Assembly: GCA_010909165.1 (NCBI GenBank) | Contig: VJWM01000314.1 | Span: 19,046-83,045 of the forward strand | DNA: 64,000 nt | Reading direction: 5' to 3' | DNA from: Anthoceros angustus | Lineage: Eukaryota; Plantae; Anthocerotophyta | Part shown: piece after piece, positions 1 through 12,100 of the stretch | Layout: each line of letters starts with the position of its first letter | Numbering within the stretch: the stretch's first letter is position 1 | The notes under the pieces: model-generated | Told to the model about the DNA's origin: nothing | Database searches by the model: none | The model's input: the letters and a program-made list of their open reading frames with translations, nothing else | Program-made: the position numbers and the translations under genes

Positions 1-149
1 CATGAGACTTGTGTGAAAGTTCGAGGTCTTGTGATGCCCGTCGCTACTGCGGTGACACACTTCTCGGCCTTCTAAACAAGCAAGGCACCCTCTACTCATC
101 TTCTCATCTCCTCATCCTCTTCCTTGGGCGGTTGCTATGAGTTTGACAC

Positions 150-630
150 GGGCGCCGGGGACCCCAGTTCACACGCGATTTCGTCCCATGAGACTTGTGT
201 GAAAGTTCGAGGTCTTGTGATGCCCGTCGCTACTGCTGACACACTTCTCGGCCTTCTAAACAAGCAAGGCGCCCGGGGACCCCAGTTCACACAGCGATTT
301 CGTCCCATGAGACTTGTGTGAAAGTTCGAGGTCTTGTGATGCCCGTCGCTACTGCGGTGACACACTTCTCGGCCTTCTAAACAAGCAAGGCGCCCGGGGA
401 CCCCAGTTCACAGCGATTTCGTCCCATGAGACTTGTGTGAAAGTTCGAGGTCTTGTGATGCCCGTCGCTACTGCGGTGACACACTTCTCGGCCTTCTAAA
501 CAAGCAAGGCGCCCGGGGACCCCAGTTCACAGCGATTTCGTCCCATGAGACTTGTGTGAAAGTTCGAGGTCTTGTGATGCCCGTCGCTACTGCGGTGACA
601 CACTTCTCGGCCTTCTAAACAAGCAAGGCG
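150..630. repeat. Tandem array of a 119-bp unit built from two pieces of the gypsy LTR
   Basis: CATGAGACTTGTGTGAAAG starts at 187, 306, 425 and 544 (period 119), with another copy at 1. The unit joins LTR ~819-908 to LTR ~1019-1058. Identical 61-aa ORFs at 314 and 433 confirm the period. Confidence 0.9.
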
Positions 631-730
631 CCCTCTACTCATCTTCTCATCTCCTCATCCTCTTCCTCCTCCTCTTATAGGAGGCCTTCCACTAACACCT
701 ACACCTCTAATCCTCTACTCTCCCTCTTGG

Positions 731-1717
731 TGTGGTAGGAGAATCAGGGCACTCCCAGGTCCTCCCACTATAAGCGGCCACACTTATCCCCGTCGCTTAA
801 ATGCGTTGGGTTTCGTCCCATGAGACTTGTGTGAAAGTTCGAGGTCTTGTGATGCCCGTCGCTACTGCGGTGACACACTTCTCGACCTTCTAAACAAGCA
901 AGGCGCCCTCTACTCTCCCTCTTCGGTGCACCACTTGCCTTTGCTTGAAAAATCGCCAACCTCGACCCACAGCGACACAAAACAATTGCGGGTCACCTCG
1001 TGACAAGGAGCCTACCACGGGCGCCCGGGGACCCCTGGTTCACACGCGATTTCGTCCCTACTTCTAAGACCAAACTTGACCTACAACGACACAACACAAT
1101 TGCGGGTCACCTCGTGACAAGGAGCCTACCACGGGCGCCGGGGACCCCAGTTCACACCGATTTCGTCCCTACTTCTAAGACCAAACTTCTCCACTCGGGG
1201 CGCTCTTTTACTTGCAGTTGGGATTCGTCCCTTAGGCTCTGCACATGGCCTTCCACTAACACCTACACCTCTAATCCTCTACTCATCTTCTCATCTCCTC
1301 ATCCTCTTCCTCCTAGTCTAACCTCGATTCGGGCTTCTTGGTTTCGACTCGCCCTTACAGCTGGCACAGGGTCCGCCTCCACCAGCAAGTTCTTCCTTGG
1401 GCGGTTGCTATGAGTTTGACACGGGGCGAGAACCTCGAGTCTTTCACTGTAGTCTACCCTCAAGCCGAGTTCTCAGGCATTTGCCACACACCCAAAGCAA
1501 AGCAATTTCACAGCAACCATTCACAAGGGAGCAACTCGTTTAGGCACTTGCGAGCAAGTCCTCCACCAAGCACTCACCACCGCGACTTCCTCTCTGCAGA
1601 CTGTTGGCTCACGGCCACGAAATTCCTCTGTAATGGCAAAGGACTCGATGAGCGTGGGCGCAAGACATGATACTTTACTTTGTGAAATCCTCCTCCTCTT
1701 ATAGGAGGCCTTCCACA
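731..1717 (-). repeat. 3' LTR (~987 bp) of gypsy unit 1
   Basis: On the minus strand it begins TGTGGAAGG (1717) and ends CCTACCACA (731), giving TG...CA ends and an 8/9 terminal inverted repeat. The same ends recur at 25071/26050 and 27396, next to the PBS and PPT. Confidence 0.9.
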
Positions 1718-1731
1718 TACAACCTCCCTTG
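1718..1731 (-). promoter_or_regulatory. Polypurine tract (PPT) of the gypsy element
   Basis: Minus strand CAAGGGAGGTTGTA lies immediately before the LTR TG. The same motif follows the LTR ends at 2712, 4111 and 27396. Confidence 0.7.
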
Positions 1732-2431
1732 GGTGACCCTCTGCGGTCACCTTTTCCAATATTCTATTATTTCCTACATGACATTTAATGTCGGCACCTA
1801 AGTCTATTATGCATTTCCTTGGTAAATTCTATTCTAGTAACTTCACCTAAGACCATCCTTGAAGGATGTCGATCTACACCACCTATCCTTCCCGTTCCCC
1901 AAAGCTCATTTATGGTCATTGACCATTCTTAGTCTTATCTTGTTGGGGTGGTGACATGTCCCTTGGGGATTGGCTCCCTCGCCCTCCTTTTGCTCCTGTC
2001 CCTTCCCCAGATCTTGTCGCCTTCCTAATGTGTGGGGCAAGTACAATCTTGCCCTTCCTCCATCTCCATGGGCGGCGCCTGTCTGTTATCTTCCATCGAT
2101 CGCGCCCCTCCCGCGCACCTGGCGCCTTTTCTCCGGCTTCCGCTGGTCGCGCCCGTTCATCGCACCCTACGCGGTAGTGGCGGACTACGGGTGGTGACTA
2201 CCATGGTAGTCGGTACCTATCTCCTTCTTCTCCTTCCTCTCCATCGGTGATGTCTCACGGGTGAGTTCCTCTTTGCTCCTTTGTTTGGTTTGTCCATACC
2301 TATCATAGAGCATGTCTTCATCTTCCCCAAAGCTCATTTATGGTCATTGACCATTCTTAGTCTTATCTCTTTGGGGTGGTGACATGTCCCTTGGGTGAGT
2401 TCCTCTTTGCTCCTTCCTCCTCCCTTATCGT

Positions 2432-2712
2432 GGGGCGAGAACCTCGAGTCTTTCACTGTAGTCTACCCTCAAGCCGAGTTCTGGGCATTTGCCACACACC
2501 CAAAGCAAAGCAATTTCACAAGGAGCAACTCGTTTAGGCACTTGCGTGAGCAAGTCCTCCACCAACACTCACCACCATGACTTCCTCTCTACCGGTGTGT
2601 TGGCTCACGGCCACGAAATTCCTCTGTAATGGCAAAGGACTCGATGGCGTGGGCGCAAGACATGATACTTTACTTTGTGAAATCCTCCTCCTCTTATAGG
2701 AGGCCTTCCACA
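2432..2712 (-). repeat. Partial LTR copy (5' ~300 bp) next to a PPT
   Basis: Matches 1423-1717 and is entered through a GGGGCG microhomology. Confidence 0.8.
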
Positions 2713-3199
2713 TACAACCTCCCTTGGGTGACCCTCTGCGGGTCACCTTTTCCAATTCTATTATTTCCTACATGACATTTAATGTCGGCACCTAATCTAT
2801 TATGCATCCTTGGTAAATTCTATTCTAACTTCACCTAAGACCATCCTTGAAGGATGTCGGTCTACCACCTATCCTTCCTTCTTCCCCAAAGCTCATTTAT
2901 GGTCATTGACCATTCTTAGTCTTATCTCTTTGGGGTGGTGACATGGCCCTTGGGGATTGGCTCCCTCGCCCTCCTTTTGCTCTTGCCCTTCCCGGATCTT
3001 GTCGCCTTAATGTGTGGGGCAAGTACAATCACCCCTTCCTCCATCTCCATGGGCGGCGCCTGTCTGTTATCTTCCATCGATCGCGCCCCTCCCGCGCACC
3101 TGGCGCCTTTTCTCCGGCTCCTTTGTCGCCCGTTCATCGCACCCTACCGCGGTAGTCAGCGGACTACGGGTGGTGACCTACCTACCATGGTAGTCGGTA

Positions 3200-6100
3200 C
3201 CTATCCTTCTTCTCCTTCCTCTCCATCGGTGATGTCTTGGGTGAGTTCCTCTTTGCTCTTGCCTTCTTGTTTGGTTTGTCCATACCTATCAGAGCATGTC
3301 TTCATCTTCCCCATTCGACCATGTTGCTACTAACTCCGGGCCTTTTGCGTTGGTCTCCTCTCGGGCCCGGCTCCTCCCTTATCGTGGGGGCGGGGAACTT
3401 CTCACCCCTCCCCTTCCTCGTGGTCGGACCCGTCCTTAGTCTCCTCGGTGGGGTTGTCTCTCCCACCACCCAGCTGCTCCTCGGGGTATACTGGACCCCG
3501 GCTCCTTCATCCTCGGCCGGGCCTCCGGCTCCTTCCTCTCCATCGGTCGCGCCCGTTCATCGCACCCTACGCGGTAGTCAGCGGACTACCGTGGTAGGTG
3601 GTCAATTCTCCCACCTTGACATGGAGGTACATTCTCCTCCCCTTCCTCTCCTTCCTCCATCGGTGATGTCTGGGGTGAGTTCCTTTTGCTCCTTTGTTTG
3701 GTTTGTCCATACCTATCATAGAGCATGTCTTCATCTTCCCCAAAGCTCATTTATGGTCATTGACCATTCTTAGTCTTCATTGCTCTTGCCCTTCCTCTCC
3801 TGGCTCCTCCCTTATCGTGGGGCGAGAACCTCGAGTCTTTCACATAGTCTACCCTCAAGCCGAGTTCTCAGGCATTTGCCACACACCCAAAGCAAAGCAA
3901 TTTCACGGCAACCATTCACAAGGGAGCAACTCGTTTAGGCACTTGCGTGAGCAAGTCCTCCACCAACACTCGACCACCGCGACTTCCTCTCTACAGTGTT
4001 GGCTCACGGCCACGAAATTCCTCTGTAATGGCAAAGGACTCGATGGCGTGGGCGCAAGACATGATACTTTACTTTGTGAAATCCTCCTCCTCTTATAGGA
4101 GGCCTTCCACATACAACCTCCCTTGGGTGACCCTCTGCGGTCACCTTTTCCAATTCTATTATTTCCTACACTTGACATTTAATGTCGGCACCTAAATCTA
4201 TTATGCATCCTTGGTAAATTCTATTCTAGTAACTTCACCTAAGACCATCCTTGAAGGATGTCGATCTACACCACCTATCCTTCCTATTCTTCTACAGCTC
4301 ATTTATGGTCATTGACCATTCTTAGTCTTATCTCTTTGGGTGGTGACATGGCCCTTGGGGATTGGCTCCCTCGCCCTCCTTTTGCTCTTGCCCTTCCCGG
4401 ATCTTGTCGCCTTCCTAATGTGTGGGGCAAGTACAATCTTGCCCTTCCTCCATCTCCATGGGCGGCGCCTAAATCTGTTATCTTCCATCGCGCCCCTCCC
4501 GCGCACCTGGCGCCTTTTCTCCTCCCTCACTTCCTCTCCATCGGTCGCGCCGTTCATCGCACCCTACGCGGTAGTGGCGGACTACGGGTGGTGACTACCT
4601 ACCATGGTAGTCGGTACCTATCTCCTTCTTCTCCTTCCTCTCCATCGGTGATGTCTTGGGTGAGTTCCTCTTGCTCTTCCTTCTTGGTTTGTCCATACCT
4701 ATCAGAGCATGTCTTCATCTTCCCCATTCGACCATGTTGCTACTAACTCTCCGGGCCTTTTGCGTTGGACTCCTCTCGGGCCCGGCTCCTCCCTTATCGT
4801 GGGCGGGGAACTTCTCACCCCTCCCCTTCCTCGTGGTCGGACCCGTCCTTAGTCTCCTCGGTGGGGTTGTCTCTCCCACCACCCAGCTGCTCCTCGGGGT
4901 ATACTGGACCCCGGCTCCTTCATCCTCGGCCGGGCCTCCGGCTCCTTCCTCTCCATCGGTCGCGCCCGTTCATCGCACCCTACCGCGGTAGTCGCGGACT
5001 ACGGGGTGGTGACCTACCATGGTAGTCGGTACCTATCTCCTTCTTCTCCTTCCTCTCCATCGGTGATGTCTCACGGTGAGTTCCTTGCTCTTCCTTCTTT
5101 GTTTGGTTTGTCCATACCTATCAGAGCATGTCTTCATCTTCCCCATTCGACCATGTTGCTACTAACTCCGGGCCTTTTGCGTTGGACTCCTCTCGGGCCC
5201 GGCTCCTCCCTTATCGTGGGAACTTCTCACCCCTCCCCTTCCTCGGGGTCGGACCCGTCCTTAGTCTCCTCGGTGGGGTTGTCTCCCACCACCCAGCTGC
5301 TCCTCGGGGTATACTCGGACCCCGGCTCCTTCATCCTCGGCCGGGCCTCGGCCGGCTCCTCCCCTTCCTCTCCATCGGTCGCGCCCGTTCATCGCACCCT
5401 ACCGCGGTAGTCGCGGACTACGGCGTGGTGTGTCTACCACGGTAGTCGGCGGACTACCGTGGTAGGTGGTCACCACCGTGGTAGGTTGACCCCGGAGGTG
5501 GGCTTTCCCCTCCTTGCTCTCGCCACCTTCTACCTTTGGCGCTCGGCGCTCCTTCGTCTCGACTCCTCAGTTCCTCGAGTCCATTTCGTGATGGCCTCAT
5601 CAAAATCGGAGGCCTCTGGCTGCACTGTTGCGGCTCCTTTGTCATCATCATGAGGACCCAATGTCCTCCTCTTGGCCAACGCAAGACTCATTGTTGGCCT
5701 TCAAAATTCTATTGTGGAGGTGAGCCCCAAGCTATGATATTGCATTTGGAGATCATCAATCTCAGTGGGCCACTCTCCATCTTCACACCTACCTTTGTAG
5801 GCGTCCCTTGAGGTGGTCAATTCCCCACCTTGACATGGAGGTCACATTCTCCTCCCTCACTTCCTTATTTGGCTGGCCAATTTTGCACGAAGGGCATAAT
5901 GCCAAAACCTTGCTTCCTTACTACCGGCATTCTATGCACCACCTTCTTGTGGCGCTCCTCCTCTGAGACCTCCTTTGTTCCAAGTCCTCTATTGAGCAAG
6001 CCCTTCCTCTCCGCTTGCCAAGCATCTTTCTCGCTCCGGCTCCTGGTCTTGGTTTTGAATTTCCAGCTCGCTTCTCTTCCAAATTAACGGGTCCTTCTCA

Positions 6101-9100
6101 ACTCTTCCTTCATGTCCGGATCTTGATGGCTTGTAGCCATCACTGCTCTTGCGTCCATTCTTTGGACGCTACCTTCTCCTAGAGCCTCTGTTTTGCCCTT
6201 TCTTGCTCTAATTGGGCAAAATGCTCCTCATTTGCCTCCATGATCCTTGGGTGGTTGCTCGGAATGGCTCTTTCTTCTTGAGCAAGCCCTTCCCTCAAGA
6301 CCTTCTCCGTGCGTTGATCCATGAGGTCGCTGGAGCTTCTCCACCTTTCCAATTTGGCTGCCTTTTCATCGGACTCCATGGCCTCCAATTGCCATTTGGT
6401 CCCTTCCTCCGGCCATGTCTTGAGATTTCACTTCTCTTGCTCTAATTGGGCAAAATGCTCTTCCGCCTTTGCCTCCATGAATCCGTTGGGTGGTTGCTCG
6501 GATGGCTCTTTCTTGACTTTGACAACCTCCCTCAGACCTTCTCCTTGCCTCCATGAGGTCGCTGGAGCTTCTCCTGACCTTTTCCGGCTTGGCTGCCTTT
6601 TCATCGGACTCCATGGCCTCCAATTGCCATTTGGTCCTGCCTTCTTCCGGCCATGTCTTGAGATTTCACTTCCTCTTGGCATGCCCACAAGGAGGCTGTC
6701 CTAGCCCCTTCAAATCCACACGGTGAGTGCTTCACAAGCACCCAATTCTCCTAGGGGTCCTAATTCCACCCCTTCTTTCTTCTTCTTTGAAATCTCCAGC
6801 TCTCACCTTCTCGGCCGGCTCCTTCATCCTCGGCCGGGCCTCCGGCTCCTCCCTTCCTCCGGCCATTCTTGGCGTGGGGTGCCTACCCGGTAGTCAGCGG
6901 ACTACCGTGGTGGTGGCGCCTACCACGGTAGTCTGGCAGACTACCGTGGTAGGCTGGTCACCCACCGTGGTAGGTTGACCCCCCAGGAGGGTGGGCTTTC
7001 CCCCCTCCTTGCTCTCTGCGCCACCTTCTACCTTTGGCGCTACGGCCGCTCCTTCGTCTCCTGACTCCTCAGATTCCTCGGAGTCCATTTCGCTGATGGC
7101 CTCATCAAAATCGGAGGCCTCTGGCTGCACCTGTTGCAGCTCCTTCCGGTCATCATCATGAGGACCTATTGTCCTCCTCTTGGCCAAGTAAGACTCATTG
7201 TTGGCCTTCAAAATTCTATTGTGGAGGTGAGCCCCAAGCTATGATATTGCATTTGGAGATCATCAATCTCGTGGGCCACTCTCCATCTTCACACCTACCT
7301 TGTAGGCATCTCTTGAGGTGGTCAATTCCCCACCTTGACATGGAGGTACATTCTCCTCCCTCACTTCCTTTGGCTGGCCAATTTTGCACGAAGGGCATAA
7401 TGCCAAAACCTTCGCTTCCTTACTACCGGCATTCTATGCACCACCTTCTTGTGGCTCCTCCTCTGAGACCTCCTTTCCTTCCAAGTCCTCTATTGAGCAA
7501 GCCCTTCCTCTCCGCTTGCCAAGCATCTTTCTCGCGCTCCGGCTCCTGGTCTTGGTTTTGAATTTCCAGCTCGCTTCTCTTCCAAACTAACGGGTCCTTC
7601 TCAACTCTTCCTTCATGTCCGGATGATGGCTTGTAGCCATCACTTCTTCTTCTTCTTTGGACGCTACCTTCTCCTAGAGCCTCTGTTTTGCCCTTCGCTC
7701 TTGCTCTAATTGGGCAAAATGCTCCTTCTCCTTGCCTCCATGATCCTTGGGTGGTTGCTCGGATGGCTCTTTCTTGACTTTGACAACCTTCCCTCAAGAC
7801 CTTCTCCGCTTGCTGATCCATGAGGTCGCTGGAGCTTCTCCTGACCTTTCCAATTTGGCTGCCTTTTCATCGGACTCCATGGCCTCCAATTGCCATTTGG
7901 TCCTGCCTTCCTCCGGCCATGTCTTGAGATTTCACTTCCTCTTGGCATGCCCACAAGGAGGCTGCTAGTCCCTAGCCTTCAAATCCACGGTGAGTGCTTC
8001 ACAAGCACCCAATTCTCCTAGGGGTCCTAATTCCACCCCTTCTTTCTTCTTGGAAATCTCCAGCTCTCACCTTCTCGGGCCATCAGCCTTGGCCTTCACC
8101 GTCGCTCCATCCGCTCTCCCACAGGCGCGGAGATGGTGGCCTCGGCGCTTCTTGCTCTTCTCCTTCCCTTCCTCCGGTCTTCCGCCATTCTTGGCGTGGG
8201 GTGCCTACCTACCATGGTGGTGCCCACCCCTTGGGTGGCGCCTACCTACCATGGTGGTGGCGCCTACCACGGTGAGTGCCCACCCCTTGGGTGGCGCCTA
8301 CCACGGTAGTCAGCGGACTACGGCGTGGTGTGTCTACCACGGTAGTCAGCCGGTGCCTCTCGTAGGCACAAAGGAGATGGTGGGGACTCCCCACTCTCAT
8401 CACCCCTCCGTGGTCCTTCTCTCATAGACCACCATTCGGCCTTCTTGGCCTTCTTCGGCCATGTCTTGAGATTTCACTTCCTCTTGGCATGCCCACAAGG
8501 AGGCTGTCCTAGCCCCTTCAAATCCACACGGTGAGTGCTTCACAAGCTCCAGCAATTCTCCTAGGGGTCCTAATTCCACCCCTTCTTTCTTCTTCTTTGA
8601 ATTTCCAGCTCTCACCTTCTCGGGCCATCAGCCTTGGCCTTCACCGTCGCTCCATCCGCTCTCCCACCTAGCGCGGAGATGGTGGCTTCGGCGCCGCTCG
8701 CGGCACCTCGCGTTCTTCTCCTTCCCTTCCACCTTGTAGGCTGTTTGCCTGGCGGCGTAGGGTGCCTGCCTACCATGGTGGTGCCCACCCCTTGGGTGGC
8801 GCCTACCATGGTGGTGGCGCCTACCATGGTGGTGCCCACCCCTTGGGTGGCGCCTCCCTAAGGTGATGCAGCCGGGTGCCTCTCTCGTAGGCACAAAGGA
8901 GATGGTGGGGACTCCCCACTCTGGGGCATCACCCCTCCGTGGTCCTTCTCTCATAGACCACCATTCGGCCTTCTTCGGCCGCTTCCTGCTCTTCTCCCCT
9001 TGCTTGCTCCTGTGGGGAAAGGATTCCCACTCGGCAACTTTGTTGCCTCGAACCTTCTCCTCTTGCTTCTAGCATTTTGTGGAGGTCGACCTCCCACCGT

Positions 9101-12100
9101 CTTCCAATGCAAAGGCAAAGGCCTTTCCAACCTCGGTGGAGATGGATGACCTCAAAGGGATGCCATGCATCTTCAAGCTCCTTGCTTGTGAGAGTCCCTC
9201 GGTTTCCCATAAATGCACCAAATAGGTGCTAAGATAGCAGGGCCTTGGCCTTCCTCATCCACGAATTTGGCTTGAGGAGCTTCTCTCGATGGTGGATGTA
9301 GGCCTCATACATGATAGTCCCCAATCCGGCTTGGCTGCCTTTTCATCGGACTCCATGGCCTCCAATTGCCATTTGGTCCTGCCTTCCTCCGGCCATGTCT
9401 TGAGATTTCACTTCTCTTGGCATGCCCACAAGGAGGCTGTCCTAGCCCCTTCAAATCCACACGGTGAGTGCTTCACAAGCTCCAGCAATTCTCCTAGGGG
9501 TCCTAATTCCACCCCTTCTTTCTTCTGGAAATTTCCAGCTCTCACCTTCTCGGCCGGGCCTCCGGCCATTCTTGGCGTGGGCCTTCACCGTCGCTCCATC
9601 CGCTCTCCCACAGCGCGGAGATGGTGGTGGCGCCGCTCGCGGCACCTCGTTGCTTCTCCTTCCCTTCCACCTTGTAGGCTGTTTTGCTGGCGGCGTGGGG
9701 TGCACGCCTACCATGGTGGTGCTCCCCGTGATGCCTACCATGGTGGTGGCGCCTACCACGGTGAGTGCCCACCCCTTGGGTGCCTCCCTCGGGTGTCAGC
9801 CGGTGCCTCTCTCGTAGGCACAAAGGAGATGGTGGGGACTCCCCACTCTGGGGCATCACCCCTCCTGTGGTCCTTCTCTCATAGACCACCATCGGCCTTC
9901 TTGGCCTTCTTGCTCTTCTCCCTTGCTTGCTCACTGTGGGGAAAGGATTCCCACTCGGCAACTTTGTTGCCTCGAACCTTCTCCTCTTGCTTCTAGCATG
10001 CTTGTGGAGTCGACCTCCCACCGTCTTCCAATGCAAAGGCAAAGGCCTTTCCAACCTCGGTGGAGATGGATGACCTCAAAGGGATGCCATGCATCTTCAA
10101 GCTCCTTGCTTGTGAGAAGTCCCTCGGTTTCCCATAAATGCACCAAATAGGTGCTAAGATAGCAGCCTTGGCCTTCCTCATCCACGAATTTGGCTTGAGG
10201 AGCTTCTCGATGGTGGATGTCGCTTCATACATGATAGTCCCCAATCGGCTTGGCTCCCATGGAAATCTTCCACAAAATTGGAGGAAGTTGGTCTTTGAAA
10301 TAAGAGGTCGTTGGTAATTTACCAACCCCAGCACAATCTTTGAAGAGCCTCCACTTGACTCCTTGATGCTCTCGGTCTTCCGCCATTCTTGGCGTGGGCC
10401 TTCACTCCTCCATCCATCATGTCAAGGAACTCCTGCGGGATGTCGGAGGCTGTCCTCTTCCCCCATTCAACCTTTCGAGAGAGCAATTCGAGCTCTCTTC
10501 CTCCGGTCTTCCATACACTGTCGAATACTTCTCACGGTCCAGCGGATCCGTTCTAGCATTCCTTTCCGTGGCGGCGGCGCTTCCGATTGATGGAGGTTGA
10601 TGTAACACTCCTCAATCAATTCCAAATTGGTGTAGGCCCATTGGCGGCCATACACCCATCCTAGTTGGATGTTCTCCTCCGCCTTGAAAATCAACCAAAT
10701 CTCGGGGTTGAGCTGCCCGGCAAAGCAAGTGAATTGGGGCATCACAAGTTCACCTCCCCACTCTCGGGCCATCAGCCTTGGCCTTCACCGTCGCTCCATC
10801 CGCTCTCCCACAGCGGAGATGGTGGTGGCCTCGCGGCACCTCGCGTTCTTCTCCTTCCCTTCCCTTGCCTTTCCAATTTGGCTGCCTTTTCCACTCGAGG
10901 CATGGTGGCGCCTACCATGGTGGTGCCCACCCCTTGGGTGGCGCCTACCATGGTGGTGGCGCCTACCTACCATGGTGGTGGCGCCTACCATGGTGGTGCC
11001 CACCCCTTGGGTGGCGCCTCCCTGGGGTAGTCAGCCGGGGTGCCTCTCGTAGGCACAAAGGAGATGGTGGGGACTCCCCACTCTGGGGCATCACCCCTCC
11101 TGTGGTCCTTCTCTCATAGACCACCATTCGGCCTTCTTCGGCCTTCTTGCTCTTCTTCCCTTGCTCTGTGGGGAAAGGATTCCCACTCGGCAACTTTGTT
11201 GCCTCGAACCTTCTCCTCTTGCCTCTAGCATTTTGTGGAGTCGACCTCCCACCGTCTTCCAATGCAAAGGCAAAGGCCTTTCCAACCTCGGTGGAGATGG
11301 ATGACCTCAAAGGGATGCCATGCATCTTCAAGCTCCTTGCTTGTGAGAAGTCCCTCGGTTTCCCATAAATGCACCAAATAGGTGCTAAGATAGCAGCCTT
11401 GGCCTTCCTCATCCACGAATTTGGCTTGAGGAGCTTCTCGATGGTGGATGTAGGCCTCATACATGATAGTCCCCAATCGGCTTGGCTCCCATGGAAATCT
11501 TCCACAAAATTGGAGGAAGTTGGTCTTTGAAATAAGAGGTCGTTGGTAATTTACCAACTGCACAATCTTTGAAGAGCCTCCACTTGACTCCTTGATGCTC
11601 TCGGTCTTCCGCCATTCTTGGCGTGGGCCTTCACTCCTCCATCCATCATGTCGAGGAACTCCTGCGGGATGTCGGAGGCTGTCCTCTTCCTCCATTCGAG
11701 GAGAGCAATTCGAGCTCTCTTCCTCCGGTCTTCCATACACTGTCGAATACTTCTCACGGTCCAGCGGGATCCGTTCTAGCATTCCTTTCCGTGGCGGCGG
11801 CGCTTCCGATTGATGGAGGTTGATGTAACACTCCTCAATCAATTCCAAATTGGTGTAGGCCCATTGGCGGCCATACACCCATCCTAGTGGATGTTCTCCT
11901 CCTCGCCTTGAAAATCAACCAAATCTCGGGGTTGAGCTGCCCGGCAAAGCAAGTGAATTGGGGCATCACAAGTTCACCTCCCCACAGCGCTACCTTCTTT
12001 CTTTCCTTTCTCTCGCGAGGAGGCCCTTGCGGTGGCTCCTTCCCTTGCCTTTTCCTCGAGGCATGGCACCTTCCTTCTCCTCTTGCTCTAGCAAGGAAGG

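Noticed and set aside
187-630. CRISPR-like array
   Set aside because: The units are near-identical end to end with no unique spacers, derive from the LTR, and there are no cas genes.
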